The notes beneath the pieces are model-generated. The model searched no databases. It was given only the letters and a program-made list of their open reading frames with translations, and was not told where the DNA came from. A DNA stretch of 64,000 nucleotides from Candidatus Velthaea sp. GTDB taxonomy: Bacteria > Vulcanimicrobiota > Vulcanimicrobiia > Vulcanimicrobiales > Vulcanimicrobiaceae. Made by a program: the position numbers and the translations under genes. This document shows positions 40,927 through 50,803 of the stretch, piece after piece; position 1 is the stretch's first letter; every line of letters begins with the position of its first letter. The stretch covers positions 320,001 through 384,000 of the forward strand of contig CBDCCS010000018.1 of assembly GCA_965214935.1 (NCBI GenBank). Reading direction: 5' to 3'.

Positions 40927-42560
40927 GCGTTGACGAGCGTTTTGAGAACGACGATGTGGCTCGGATACGATGCCGGCGTCAACAAGATGACATCCGCATC
41001 GCGTATACCGTATGTCGGCAACCGAAAGCGGGAGCGAGCAATCGCAGGATTAGCAACGCTGTGATCCTGTGCGTAGACGCGTGCGAGAGCGGGTGAGCTC
41101 CTTACGAGCGGCGCGAGCAGTAGGTCGCGACCGTCGGCGGGCAGCGACGCATGCGTAAAACGGTAATGGGCGAGCATGTCATGCAGCGCCGATTCCCATG
41201 GCGGAGCGATGAAACCGTCTCGTAGCTTCGGCGCATGCGCCATGAGCCGGAGGAGATTCGGCGATTCGACGTCGTCGAACCCGTAGAAGCGGCCGGCTTC
41301 CGCATTCCACGCGACCATGTTGAAGTCGGCATCGTGAAAGTGCGCCAAACCGTCCGGGTACGATCGGACGAACGCAATCAAGTCGGCGTCGGGCGCCGGA
41401 TCTTCGGCGGCAAAGCGGGCCGTGCACGATGCCGCGAGTCGCGTGAGATACGTCCGTTCACGCGCGCACAGCATGAGGGCGTCGGCAATGGCTCCTAACG
41501 TGCGCGGCGGCAGCGTGCCGATCCGGCCCTGTTCGAGCATCGTGTAACGGCTTACGCCGATGCCGGCGCGCTCGGCAACCTCGTCCCGCCGCAGCCCACG
41601 GGCGTGTCGACGCCCCAGCGGAGTGATGTTGACGTCCGCCGGCCGAATGGCTTCGCGCTTACCGCGCAGGAACGCACCGAACTCATTGCACCGTTTCGAG
41701 GCACGCGTCTTATCGCGCTGATCGATCGCATCGGGCCGCGCATCGCTTTCGGCGCGCGGAGCCGCGTCGCGCGTTAACTTTACGATGATGGTATACGTCG
41801 GAGCAGCGAATGACGTGAACGCCATTACGGCCGCATCGAGCGAAGATCCGTCCGGCAATCGAATGCGCGAGCGTTCCGACGGAGGCGACGTGAGAGCGCA
41901 CGAATCCCAAACATGCGCAAAATCGGCGTAACCATAAAATTCTGCGATCAAGTTGGTAAACGTGGCTCCGCCGTAGCGGCCGTATGACAGCCTGAGATGG
42001 CCGATCATCTGGGTCAGCACGTTCTCATACGACGGCTCGATGAAGCGATCGTGCATCGCAGCATCCGCAAGCATCAGGCGCAAAAGATTCGGGTTCGTGC
42101 CATGTTTGGTGAAATCGAAGAACGCGTCCGCTTGCACGTTGTACGCGACGACATCGAAGCTCGGTGCAAGAATGAATGCCATGCCGAAATCGGCGTTGCG
42201 TACGAAATCGAGCAATGTCTGCGGCGGAGGCGAGAGATCGGCATGTGGTGGAACGAAGGCGCCCGCAGCGAGTTCCGCGAGATGGTCGCGTTCGGCGCGT
42301 TGGAAGCGAAGCGCTCCGGCGATCGCATCGAGCATGCGTTGCGAAACGTTTTCGACGCGGCCCTGTTCGAGCATGCTGTACCAAGATACGCCGATCTCGG
42401 CGATCTCGGCTACTTCGCTGCGCCGTAAGCCGCGAACATGGCGACGCCCACCGTCGGGCAGGCCGACTTGCGATGGTTGCAAGTGCATGCGCCGCCGTCG
42501 TAGGAAGCGGCCGAAGTCGCGCCGGCGCGCGGTCTGAACCGATTCGAGGTCAACTAGCAT
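40923..42560 (-). CDS. XRE/MmyB-like regulator with two tandem HTH plus ligand-binding modules
   Basis: FG.FLR..R...P..V.....GRRH.RGLRR.EVA..A.IGVS.Y.MLEQGR occurs twice, each followed by a PAS-like PNLLRLM segment. Confidence 0.88.
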   Translation of the reverse strand: MLVDLESVQTARRRDFGRFLRRRRMHLQPSQVGLPDGGRRHVRGLRRSEVAEIAEIGVSWYSMLEQGRVENVSQRMLDAIAGALRFQRAERDHLAELAAGAFVPPHADLSPPPQTLLDFVRNADFGMAFILAPSFDVVAYNVQADAFFDFTKHGTNPNLLRLMLADAAMHDRFIEPSYENVLTQMIGHLRLSYGRYGGATFTNLIAEFYGYADFAHVWDSCALTSPPSERSRIRLPDGSSLDAAVMAFTSFAAPTYTIIVKLTRDAAPRAESDARPDAIDQRDKTRASKRCNEFGAFLRGKREAIRPADVNITPLGRRHARGLRRDEVAERAGIGVSRYTMLEQGRIGTLPPRTLGAIADALMLCARERTYLTRLAASCTARFAAEDPAPDADLIAFVRSYPDGLAHFHDADFNMVAWNAEAGRFYGFDDVESPNLLRLMAHAPKLRDGFIAPPWESALHDMLAHYRFTHASLPADGRDLLLAPLVRSSPALARVYAQDHSVANPAIARSRFRLPTYGIRDADVILLTPASYPSHIVVLKTLVNA

Positions 42561-42774
42561 TTTGGTCGAGTTAATTCAAAATTTATGCGCCGTTGTCATT
42601 TCCGAAACGTCTCATAGTCGATCACGGCAAGAATGAGGTTACCTGCCTTGTAAAAATGCTCGCAGCCGATCCGCATGAAGGTCGGCAGTCCCAATCAAAA
42701 GGCGACGACGAGCGGCTTGCACGCGTGTCGTGCGTCACGGCATCAACCGGCGCCGCATAGGATCGACCGCTCAT

Positions 42775-43398
42775 TTAGCGCAGGTTGCCGGCGAGGTAGA
42801 GATCCATGATCTTTTCGTCGCCCATGGCACCGTAAAACGCGTTGGCCGCAGGATTCGTGTAATCGCCGAGCATCGCCGTAATCATCGGCGTTACCGTCAT
42901 CATTGTAACGCCGGCGTCGTGTAGCCGGTTCTTCGAGACTTCAGCGCCGATCTTCGTGACGGCCGCCGAAACGTCCATGAGGGCGATGACGTTGAAGCCT
43001 TCTTTCGAGGCACTGATAGCGGGCGGCACGAGGCAAACATCGGTCGTCATGCCGCCCATCAAGAGGTTCTTCTTTCCGGTCTTTCGCACGGCGTCGCGAT
43101 AGCTGGGATCATCCCATGCGTTAATGACACCGGTACGCTTCACACGCGCGTCGTATTCGTCCGGCAGCAACTCCTTGAGATCGGGCAACAGCAGCCCTTG
43201 TGCGGCCGTTTCCATGCTGCTCGTGAGCACGATCGGCATCTTCGCTTCTTTAGCAAACTTTGCGATGAAGCGGACCCACTTGATGAGTTGATCCTTTTCG
43301 GTGCCGGCGAGCTCGCCGGCCCACGTGATGGTGCCGACCTGATGATCGACGAGGCAAAGTGCGGTATCTTCAATCTTGAACGCGCTCGGATCGGTCAT
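42775..43398 (-). CDS. Isochorismatase family cysteine hydrolase (YcaC-like)
   Basis: LVDHQ; INAWDD; TDVC; GAGGGAG RBS. Confidence 0.9.
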   Translation of the reverse strand: MTDPSAFKIEDTALCLVDHQVGTITWAGELAGTEKDQLIKWVRFIAKFAKEAKMPIVLTSSMETAAQGLLLPDLKELLPDEYDARVKRTGVINAWDDPSYRDAVRKTGKKNLLMGGMTTDVCLVPPAISASKEGFNVIALMDVSAAVTKIGAEVSKNRLHDAGVTMMTVTPMITAMLGDYTNPAANAFYGAMGDEKIMDLYLAGNLR

Positions 43399-43719
43399 GG
43401 TACTCCCTCTTACGTCGCACGGCGAGCCGCCGCGCTGTTGAACATCAGGGAGTATAGGTAGCGCGAGCGCCGGAAACGAGCCCGCTCGCAATCATACGAT
43501 TATCAATGCCACTTTTTGCGGTGCGGCGGTTGAGGACGATCGGTGTTGAGAAACGTGGAAATCTGCTTCGAGCTTCGCTGCTGAGTCGTACGCAGTGCTA
43601 AGCGAATGAAATTAGTGCTTGCGCTACGCGCTAAGCAGCATGTATTGTACGTAAGCGCGCGGACGAATTGCATTCCCCGAATTCGCTTAACTGGCGCGCG
43701 TCAAAAATAGGGGCAACTT

Positions 43720-44208
43720 GTGTTTTCTCGTCGACGGCTTACTCGAGGTTTCTGTGCCGGCGCTTTGCTTGGCGCATCGGTGCTTTTCGCAACGCCGGCT
43801 CTAGCGGACTCGCCGCAGGACGATCGGAGCTTTGCCGGTGCGGTCGATACGATGATTCGCCTATTCACCGAGCCGATGCCGGCAAGTCGGCCCTCGTCAT
43901 ATCGGCCGCCGCATGCAGTCGAACACGTTCGGTCGATCGTACCGGCCCGGCCGGACGGGCCGACGCGGCCGGCTGTGCATGCTCCGCCAATCCTGACACA
44001 TGCGCCGCAGGCGGCGCCGCCGGTCATCCGGCAAGTCGCAGCTTCGGCGCACATCGTTCGCGTTCGGCACTTGCCTGCTGCAGCGCTTGCGAACCCGATC
44101 GCCGTCAGTCCCGCAAGCGCGCAGCCGGCGCCGCTTATTGCGCCGTTGCGCGCGGTCTCCGCATGTCACGCCGCCGTCATGCACTGCCTCAATATCGACG
44201 TGCGCTAG
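43720..44208 (+). CDS. Hypothetical Pro/Ala-rich exported protein
   Basis: SRRRL...ATPALA signal-like N-terminus; stop lies 2 nt before the fliJ-like start. Confidence 0.55.
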   Translation: MFSRRRLTRGFCAGALLGASVLFATPALADSPQDDRSFAGAVDTMIRLFTEPMPASRPSSYRPPHAVEHVRSIVPARPDGPTRPAVHAPPILTHAPQAAPPVIRQVAASAHIVRVRHLPAAALANPIAVSPASAQPAPLIAPLRAVSACHAAVMHCLNIDVR

Positions 44209-44210
44209 GG

Positions 44211-44651
44211 GTGAGGCCGTTCCGCTACCGGTTGCAGGTCGCGCTCGATCGCGCCGTCGACCGGGAGCGTGACGCCGCTTCGGCGCTTGCACGCGCGACT
44301 GCCGCCGTCGATTCCGCGCAGGCCGCGCTTGACGAACTCGATGCGCAGGCGGCCACTCTGCGCGCACAAATACTCACGCCTGACGCGCGCGCCGCTCGGT
44401 CTTTGCGCGAGATCGACATCAGCCTCAACGATGTTGCGACGCTACGTGTCCGGCGAGCGGAGCGCGTTGCCGAAGCGCGTTCGGCGCAAGCGCGAGCGCG
44501 GGCGGACTTGGCCGATCGCGCGCAGCAGCGGTCGGCGCTCGAGCACCATCGCGACCGTTGTCGCGTCGAGTACGATGCGCTTGTTGAAGCACGCGAGAAC
44601 GCCGAATTGGACGAAGCCAATATCTTTGCGCGTCACCGCAAAGGCAGCTGA
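44211..44651 (+). CDS. fliJ: FliJ-like export stalk protein
   Basis: FRYRLQVALD N-terminus; coiled coil; E...LDE C-terminus. Confidence 0.75.
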   Translation: MRPFRYRLQVALDRAVDRERDAASALARATAAVDSAQAALDELDAQAATLRAQILTPDARAARSLREIDISLNDVATLRVRRAERVAEARSAQARARADLADRAQQRSALEHHRDRCRVEYDALVEARENAELDEANIFARHRKGS

Positions 44652-44662
44652 ACAAACACTCC

Positions 44663-44706
44663 GGCCATAATTCGCGCATTACGCTTGCACAATCGCCCGC
44701 TATCGT
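44663..44706 (+). promoter_or_regulatory. 11-bp-period repeat box plus -10 element before flgB-like gene
   Basis: GGCCAT/GCGCAT/TTGCAC at 44663/44674/44685; 10 nt spacer; TATCGT; ATG 6 nt later. Confidence 0.6.
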
Positions 44707-44712
44707 TGCCGC

Positions 44713-44919
44713 ATGGATCCAATTGCAAGCGACCTCGAGCGTGCGGCACGATTCGCGCGCGATCGTGCAACCGCCGACGCTGCTGCGACGGCGCGCAAAA
44801 CCGAAGGTAACGGCCTCGACGTCGCGATGGCGCAAACCGCCGAGCACGCACTCTTCAGCGAGGCGATCCTCAGCGCCGCGAAAGCCCGCTTTGCCGAACT
44901 TAAGACGGTCACGCGATGA
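44713..44919 (+). CDS. flgB: Miniature FlgB-like proximal rod protein
   Basis: EGNGLDVAMAQTAEHALFSEAILSAAKARFAELKTV resembles the FlgB C-terminus; lies directly before flgC. Confidence 0.6.
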   Translation: MDPIASDLERAARFARDRATADAAATARKTEGNGLDVAMAQTAEHALFSEAILSAAKARFAELKTVTR

Positions 44920-45371
44920 GCGATTTCGGCATCATGCAGTATGCGGCGAGCGGGATGGACGCCCAGCACTCGGCGCTCGATGTGCTTGCGCGGAATGTTG
45001 CCGTCACGCAAACTGCCGACCGCACCCACCCGGTTCATCCGCTCGTGCCGCAATTTGCCGTACTGGGTGCCGACGATGCCGATGACGACGGCGTCAGCTT
45101 CAGCCGCCTTGTCGGCGGACTTACCAGCGCGCCGGTCGATCGCGATAGCATACCCGACGAATCGATCGATGCGGACGATAAGGAGCCGCTTGCGGGTCAA
45201 GTCGCTTACACCGGCGCGGCGCCGTCGCCGCGTGCCGTGACCGGCGTCGACGCGGTTAGCGAAATGGTCTCAGTGCTCGGTGCGCAGCGTTCGTTCGAGG
45301 CCGATGCCAGCGTCTTCGATGCCGGCAAACAGCTGATCCAGCACACGCTCGAAGTGGAGAACGCAGCATGA
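44916..45371 (+). CDS. flgC: FlgC-like rod protein
   Basis: AASGMDAQ...LDVLARNVA; VDAVSEMV....AQRSFEA. Confidence 0.85.
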   Translation: MSDFGIMQYAASGMDAQHSALDVLARNVAVTQTADRTHPVHPLVPQFAVLGADDADDDGVSFSRLVGGLTSAPVDRDSIPDESIDADDKEPLAGQVAYTGAAPSPRAVTGVDAVSEMVSVLGAQRSFEADASVFDAGKQLIQHTLEVENAA

Positions 45372-45670
45372 ACGTTGCGGGTATTGCGCCGGACCTGAGC
45401 ACCGGACTTCCGGCGCTGGCGCCGATCCCGCCGGTCGCTGCGCCGGCCGCCGACGTCGAACTTTTCAGCGGATTGACGGCGGCGTTTTCGGCTGCCGGAA
45501 CGTCGCTGCAACGCGCGCAAAGCGCCGAGACCGCGTTCACGTCGGGCAGCGGCGGATTGCAAGAAATGGTGTTCGAACGCGCGCGCGCCGACGCGATTCT
45601 CAACGTCGCCAGCGCAACGGCGACCAAAGCGACGCAGTCGCTCAACACTATCCTCAACATGCAAGTGTAG
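45368..45670 (+). CDS. fliE: FliE hook-basal body protein
   Basis: LQEMV...A..., LNTILNMQV C-terminus. Confidence 0.85.
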   Translation: MNVAGIAPDLSTGLPALAPIPPVAAPAADVELFSGLTAAFSAAGTSLQRAQSAETAFTSGSGGLQEMVFERARADAILNVASATATKATQSLNTILNMQV

Positions 45671-45677
45671 GCGGTCA

Positions 45678-47168
45678 TTGCAGCAGCTCGTCGCCCAAAG
45701 TAATGCGTTCGTCAGCGGCTTATCGTCGAAGGCGCGGATTGCTATCGTCGCCGGAATCATCGTTCTCGCCGCCGCCGCCGGCACGCTTGCGTTTTTTTTG
45801 CATGACACCGGCACGGCGCTCTTCGCGCGTCCGCTCGATGCCGCGCAGCAAACCGAAGTGCAAGAGCGGCTGACCGGCTGGGACGTTCCGTACCGGCTCA
45901 GCGCCGATAACGTTATCGTCGATCCGGCGCACAAACGCGACGTGTTGCTGCGCCTGGCGATGCTGGGCGTTCCGCATCAGCATGTCACCACGTCGTCGGA
46001 TGTGTTGAAATCGGTCAGCGCTCTGACGCCGCAGACGGTCCTCGACGAGCAAGTTCGGCAAGGCCTCGAAGGCGACTTAGCCGAGGGATTGCGCGGCATC
46101 ACCGGTGTCTCGGATGCGCGCGTTCTGATCGCGCCGGCAACGCGCGGCTTCTTCGTCGACGAGCCGTCCCACGAGGCGTCGGCGAGCGTGCGCGTGTCGC
46201 TCGACGCCGGTACCGTGCTCGGGCCGCAGGCCGTCGCCGGTATTCGCAGTTACGTTGCGAATGCCGTCGCGGGTTTAGCCGCCGACCACGTTGCGATCGT
46301 CGATCAAAACGGCGTGTCGCTCAACGTGAAGCCGAGCGGTGGTGACGGTTCGGAAGATACGGCGCTCGAATCGACGCTGCAAGGCGCGCTGGACCGCACG
46401 GTCGGCGCCGGCCGGACAATCGTTCTTGCTCGGCTCGAAACGGACCCGACGTCGAGCAGCGTGCATGAAATCAAACGCTCGCCGGTGCTCGGTGCGGCGC
46501 TCGCTACCGATTCGGTGCACGAGCGTTATCACGGCAAAGACAAGCAGTACGACAAGCTACACCAGACCACCGACCGCGGCAGCGATACCGTGGAGCGCAA
46601 CACGCGCTTTGAAGCCGGCCGCACCGATCGCCGTTCGGTCGCCGTCTTTGTCGATGACAAGATTGCGTCGGCGGTACCGCAGATTCAGAATGTCGTCGGT
46701 GCGGCGGCTGGGTTAGTCGCTGCACGCGGCGACACACTCGTCGTGCAGCCGATGGCGTTCAATGCAGTGCCGTCGCTGCCGGTGCAAGTTGCGCGCCGAT
46801 CTTTTGAAACCGCGTCGCTGGCGTCGTCGCTGCCGATCGTTTTGCTGGCGCTCGCGGTACTCGGCGCCGGAACGTTCTTATTTCGCTCCGTCGCGCCGGC
46901 ACTTCGCGCGCAGACCGAAACCGCGGCGTTCGTTGAAAAGCAAATCGCCGTCGCGTCGTATTCCGACGAACCGCAGCGCGTGCATGCCGCGATCGCCGGT
47001 GAACCCGTGCACGCTGCCGCCGCAATTTTAGCGGCGTTGCCTGCGCCTACGACGGCTGCGGTGCTCGAGATGTACGAAGCCGGCGAACGGCGCGAAATCG
47101 TTCGCCGCTTGACACACCCGCTGGCGCCCGTCGTGCGCGACGTCAGCGCGCGAGTCAGCGGTGTCTGA
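45678..47168 (+). CDS. fliF: FliF MS-ring protein with C-terminal FliG-middle-like fusion
   Basis: GLEGDLA..L.GI.GV..ARV; ASASV; G....RGD; second TM; tail EPVHAAAAILAALPAPTTAAVL......RREIVRRL. Confidence 0.85.
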   Translation: MQQLVAQSNAFVSGLSSKARIAIVAGIIVLAAAAGTLAFFLHDTGTALFARPLDAAQQTEVQERLTGWDVPYRLSADNVIVDPAHKRDVLLRLAMLGVPHQHVTTSSDVLKSVSALTPQTVLDEQVRQGLEGDLAEGLRGITGVSDARVLIAPATRGFFVDEPSHEASASVRVSLDAGTVLGPQAVAGIRSYVANAVAGLAADHVAIVDQNGVSLNVKPSGGDGSEDTALESTLQGALDRTVGAGRTIVLARLETDPTSSSVHEIKRSPVLGAALATDSVHERYHGKDKQYDKLHQTTDRGSDTVERNTRFEAGRTDRRSVAVFVDDKIASAVPQIQNVVGAAAGLVAARGDTLVVQPMAFNAVPSLPVQVARRSFETASLASSLPIVLLALAVLGAGTFLFRSVAPALRAQTETAAFVEKQIAVASYSDEPQRVHAAIAGEPVHAAAAILAALPAPTTAAVLEMYEAGERREIVRRLTHPLAPVVRDVSARVSGV

Positions 47169-47688
47169 CGGGTTCCGGAGCTTTGCATCGATCTTGACTC
47201 AAGCGAGCCGACCGGAGCCCGCTGCGACCGAACGGCCCGAGCCGCCGACACCGCCGCCGATCATGCCGGCCGCCGTCGATGCGCCGCCGGCGCAAAAAGC
47301 GAGCCCGCAAATCATGGCGGTGCTCGCGAATTTTGCGGCGGAAGTCGTGCGGTTGCGTGCACGCGCGGCCGAGTTGCTCGAGACGGAAACCGAATCGTTG
47401 CTGCAGATGATCGCCAGTCGCGTGCTCGTGCGCGAACTCGAACTCGCGCCGGCCGATGTAGAGGCGCTCATCGCAACCGTCGTGACGGAATGGAACGGTT
47501 CGCGGCCGTTGCGCTTTCGCGTAGCCGAAAGCGATCTTGACGATTTGCGCCCGTTGGGCGAAACGCTCGTTCCGGATCCGTCGCTCCAACCTGGTGACTT
47601 GCAGGTCGAAATCGCCGACGGCGTGATCGACTTGCGGCTCGGCACGCGACTTGCCGCGGTGCTCGAAACACACCGGATCGCGATTTAG
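47161..47688 (+). CDS. fliH: FliH/SctL-like ATPase stator
   Basis: IASRVLVREL; DPSLQPGDLQVEIADGVID; lies before fliI. Confidence 0.8.
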   Translation: MSDGFRSFASILTQASRPEPAATERPEPPTPPPIMPAAVDAPPAQKASPQIMAVLANFAAEVVRLRARAAELLETETESLLQMIASRVLVRELELAPADVEALIATVVTEWNGSRPLRFRVAESDLDDLRPLGETLVPDPSLQPGDLQVEIADGVIDLRLGTRLAAVLETHRIAI

Positions 47689-47694
47689 CAGCGC

Positions 47695-48942
47695 ATGCCG
47701 GAAGGGACACGCATCGGGCGCGTGATTTCAGCGGTCAACGACGTGCTCGAGGTGACGCTGCCGCTCGCCCGGGTCGGTCAAGGGGTTCGCATCCGGCCGC
47801 GCGGAGTGCCGAGTATCCCGGCGGTCGTTACGCGCATCGACGAACGGCGCGTGCGGCTTGCCGCCTTCGCCCCGCTCACCGGAATCTCGATCGGCGACAT
47901 CGTTGAAAGCGATACGTCCGCGAACGTGCTCGAACTCGGAACGTCGTTGCTCGGTTGCGCGATCGATGCCGCCGGACACGCGCTCAACGGCATGTCTCCG
48001 CTGCGCGGGCGGCGCACCAGCATCGTTCCGCAGCCGATCGGTGTGGGCGAACGGACGACGGTCAGCGAGCCGTTTTGGACCGGTATTCGCGCGATCGACG
48101 GGCTGCTGACGATCGGTCGCGGCGCGCGCATCGGCATTTTCGGTGCACCGGGTGCGGGCAAGTCGACGCTCATGGAAATGCTTATGCGCGGCGCGCGCGC
48201 CGATGCCGTCGTCGTCGGGTTGATCGGCGAACGCGGGCGCGAAGCGGCCCACTGGATGCAGAGCATCACGCGGCATACGACCCTCGTCGTCGTGCCCAGC
48301 GATCGGTCGGCGGCCGAACGCGTGCGCGGCGCTCATGTCGCTCTTGCGCAGGCGTCGGAGTTACGCCGGCGCGGTCTCAACGTGCTCGTCATTCTCGATA
48401 GTTTGGCCCGCTTTTGCACCGCCGCGCGCGAACTCGCGCTGGCCAACGGTGAAGCGGTCGGCCGGGGCGGTTATCCGCCCAGCGTCTTCAACGACATGGC
48501 GCGTTTACTCGAACGCGGCGGTAATTTCACCACCGGCAGCATCACGCTCGTCGCTACGGTGCTTTCCGACGGCGCCGACGAACGCGAGCCGCTCTCCGAT
48601 GCCGCGCGCGCTGCACTGGACGGACACATCGCGCTGTCGACCGCGCTGGCACGAGCCGGCATCTATCCGGCCATCGACGTGTTGGCCAGCACGAGCCGGA
48701 CGATGAACGATGTCGTCAGCCGCGACCAGCGCCGCGCCGCCGAGCGATTCCGCCGGCGGTTATCGCTGCTCGCGCAAACGAAAGACGCGCGCGATCTCGG
48801 CCTCGCTGCAATGACGTCCGAACTTATGACGGCGATTGCTGCATCCGACGCGACCGATGCATTTTTACGCCAAACCGAAGCTGCTGCGCCACCGCAGGAG
48901 ACGCTCGATGCGCTCTTCGCGGTGGCGGGAGAACGCACGTGA
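47695..48942 (+). CDS. fliI: FliI/SctN type III export ATPase
   Basis: TGIRAIDG; GAPGAGKST; GERGRE; DSLARF; GYPPSVF; LDGHI; YPAIDVLAS.SR. Confidence 0.95.
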   Translation: MPEGTRIGRVISAVNDVLEVTLPLARVGQGVRIRPRGVPSIPAVVTRIDERRVRLAAFAPLTGISIGDIVESDTSANVLELGTSLLGCAIDAAGHALNGMSPLRGRRTSIVPQPIGVGERTTVSEPFWTGIRAIDGLLTIGRGARIGIFGAPGAGKSTLMEMLMRGARADAVVVGLIGERGREAAHWMQSITRHTTLVVVPSDRSAAERVRGAHVALAQASELRRRGLNVLVILDSLARFCTAARELALANGEAVGRGGYPPSVFNDMARLLERGGNFTTGSITLVATVLSDGADEREPLSDAARAALDGHIALSTALARAGIYPAIDVLASTSRTMNDVVSRDQRRAAERFRRRLSLLAQTKDARDLGLAAMTSELMTAIAASDATDAFLRQTEAAAPPQETLDALFAVAGERT

Positions 48943-49469
48943 ACTTCGTTGCCGGACTATCCGCCGTTGAACGGCGCATCGATCAGCTCGATGGGACGCC
49001 GCGCGCCGACGCCGATGTATTCGGACGGCTCGTGCGTACGCCGCTACCGTCGCCGATCGCGCCGGCGAGTGCACCGGCGTTGTTGCCGGCCGAACTCGAT
49101 CCGCTTATCGCGACGAACGCCGCCAAGTACGGCGTCGATCCGGCGCTCGTCCGTGCGGTCATCGCGCGCGAATCGGGCGGTAATCCGAACGCAACGTCCG
49201 TGACGGGTGCAGCCGGACTCATGCAACTCATGCCGGCAACCGCGGAGTCGCTGGGCGTCGGCGATCCGTACGATAGCGCGCAAAACATTGCGGGCGGAAC
49301 GCGCTATCTGCGCTCGCTGCTCGATCGCTTCGGCGGCGATTTACCGCGTACGGTTGCTGCGTACAATGCAGGTCCGGGAGCCGTCGAACGCTACGACGGT
49401 ATTCCGCCGTTTGCCGAAACACAACGTTACGTTGCCGACGTGCTCGGCTCGTATGCGCGTTCTCGCTAA
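48939..49469 (+). CDS. Lytic transglycosylase (SLT domain)
   Basis: AVIARESGG; GAAGLMQLMP; AAYNAGPG; ETQRYV. Confidence 0.95.
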   Translation: MNFVAGLSAVERRIDQLDGTPRADADVFGRLVRTPLPSPIAPASAPALLPAELDPLIATNAAKYGVDPALVRAVIARESGGNPNATSVTGAAGLMQLMPATAESLGVGDPYDSAQNIAGGTRYLRSLLDRFGGDLPRTVAAYNAGPGAVERYDGIPPFAETQRYVADVLGSYARSR

Positions 49470-49521
49470 CACGATCTTCACACAATCCGCGCATCCTCGT
49501 TACAACATTCATCCGTATACT
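49467..49521 (+). promoter_or_regulatory. 11-bp-period repeat box plus -10 element before fliK-like gene
   Basis: TAACAC/TCACAC/GCGCAT/TTACAA at 49467/49478/49489/49500; 10 nt spacer; TATACT. Confidence 0.6.
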
Positions 49522-49530
49522 GCGCGTTAG

Positions 49531-50076
49531 ATGAAGGTTGATTCCGACGCCGTACGGCCCTTCGAGTACGCCGATCCGCGGTCGCTCTCACGCGCCTGGT
49601 TCGATGCTTTACACGCACGGCGGCCGCAGCCGCGCGCAACGCAAATAGTCGCGTCTGCGCCTCATGCGCTCGCGTCCGACGCGCAGGCGCGCCGTGCGCA
49701 CGTGCAAACGGCGAGCGCCGGCGTATCGAGTAGCATCATGTCGGGCAGAGCGGTGATCGCTACCAAGAATCCGGCCTGCGCTGCAAGCGCCGGCGAACTC
49801 AATCCATTACGAACGCCCGTGCGGCGAACACAAGCGCTCGAGGTGCAAGCCGAACCGGAGACCGGCGAGCTGAACCCGCGACTCGATGTTGCATGCAGCA
49901 CGACCGACGGCGCCTTATTACGCTTGTTGCTCGAGCATGACGCCGGCCGAATCAGTGTCGTCGCGGTGTGCGAAGAGCGAGTCGCTACGCGCATGACCGA
50001 TGTGCTCGAACGGGCACGTATCGCACTTGCGGCGCGCGGCGTCGCCATCACCACTCGTCTCATCACTCCGAGGTAG
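49531..50076 (+). CDS. Short FliK/SctP-like length-control protein
   Basis: Disordered N-terminus; C-terminal LRLLLEHDAGRISVVAVC.......L......ALAARGV resembles the FliK C domain; synteny. Confidence 0.55.
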   Translation: MKVDSDAVRPFEYADPRSLSRAWFDALHARRPQPRATQIVASAPHALASDAQARRAHVQTASAGVSSSIMSGRAVIATKNPACAASAGELNPLRTPVRRTQALEVQAEPETGELNPRLDVACSTTDGALLRLLLEHDAGRISVVAVCEERVATRMTDVLERARIALAARGVAITTRLITPR

Positions 50077-50080
50077 TAGC

Positions 50081-50803
50081 ATGATCGATGGAGCGAGCGC
50101 TCAGGCACTCGACGATATTGCCGCGCGCGTCAAGGATCTCTCGAATCAGTTTCGGCCGGGTTACGTGCCGGTGCTCGACGACGACCGGATGGATGGCGGC
50201 GTACATGCAATCAAGTCGCTCGATGCACTGCACGCCGTCGCGCCGGAAAGCACGTACTTTGCGGCCAGCGATGCGCAGGGGCGTCGCTTCTATTCGCGTG
50301 ACGGTGCGTTTCAACTCGTCGGCGGAGCGCTGCAAACGCGTGAAGGCGCCGCGGTTCTCGGTTATGGCCCCGGCGCGACGACGTTACAGCCGCTGCGCAG
50401 CGATCGGGTCGACGGGACACTCGGGCGCATTGCCGATGCGAAAATCGAAGCGGACGGCACCGTTGCGTACATGCGCAAAGCCGTCGATCCGCAAACCGGC
50501 AAGCCGAAAACCGAACGCGTCGTCATCGGCCGGATCGCGCTCGCCCAATTTCCGAGCGGCGTGCATGTCGACGCTGCCGACGGCGTGCACGTAACGGCAC
50601 CTGCCGGCACCGAACCGCGCATCGCCGCCGCGGGCAGCGGCGGTTTCGGTTCGCTCATTCCGCAAAGCGACGATCGCGGCGGCATCGACATGAAGCGCGG
50701 CTTGACGCATCTGCGCGATGCCTATGTTGCCTTCAGCGCGCTGCAATCCGCGCACAATGCCAAAGGCAAGACCGACAAGGTCGTCATGGACATGGTCAAA
50801 TGA
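50081..50803 (+). CDS. Divergent short hook/rod-family protein (FlgE position)
   Basis: YSRDGAFQL; IEADGTV; IGRIALAQFP; AY...QSA...K..D.V C-terminal helix. Confidence 0.7.
   Translation: MIDGASAQALDDIAARVKDLSNQFRPGYVPVLDDDRMDGGVHAIKSLDALHAVAPESTYFAASDAQGRRFYSRDGAFQLVGGALQTREGAAVLGYGPGATTLQPLRSDRVDGTLGRIADAKIEADGTVAYMRKAVDPQTGKPKTERVVIGRIALAQFPSGVHVDAADGVHVTAPAGTEPRIAAAGSGGFGSLIPQSDDRGGIDMKRGLTHLRDAYVAFSALQSAHNAKGKTDKVVMDMVK

Noticed and set aside
43646..43690. Possible fifth 11-bp repeat box upstream of 43720/fliJ
   Set aside because: Only one good hexamer (TTGCAT) and no -10 box at the 10-nt spacing.
44674..44690. Sigma-54 promoter reading of GCGCAT-N5-TTGCAC
   Set aside because: Lacks the invariant GG at -24; better explained as 11-bp tandem repeats before a -10 box.
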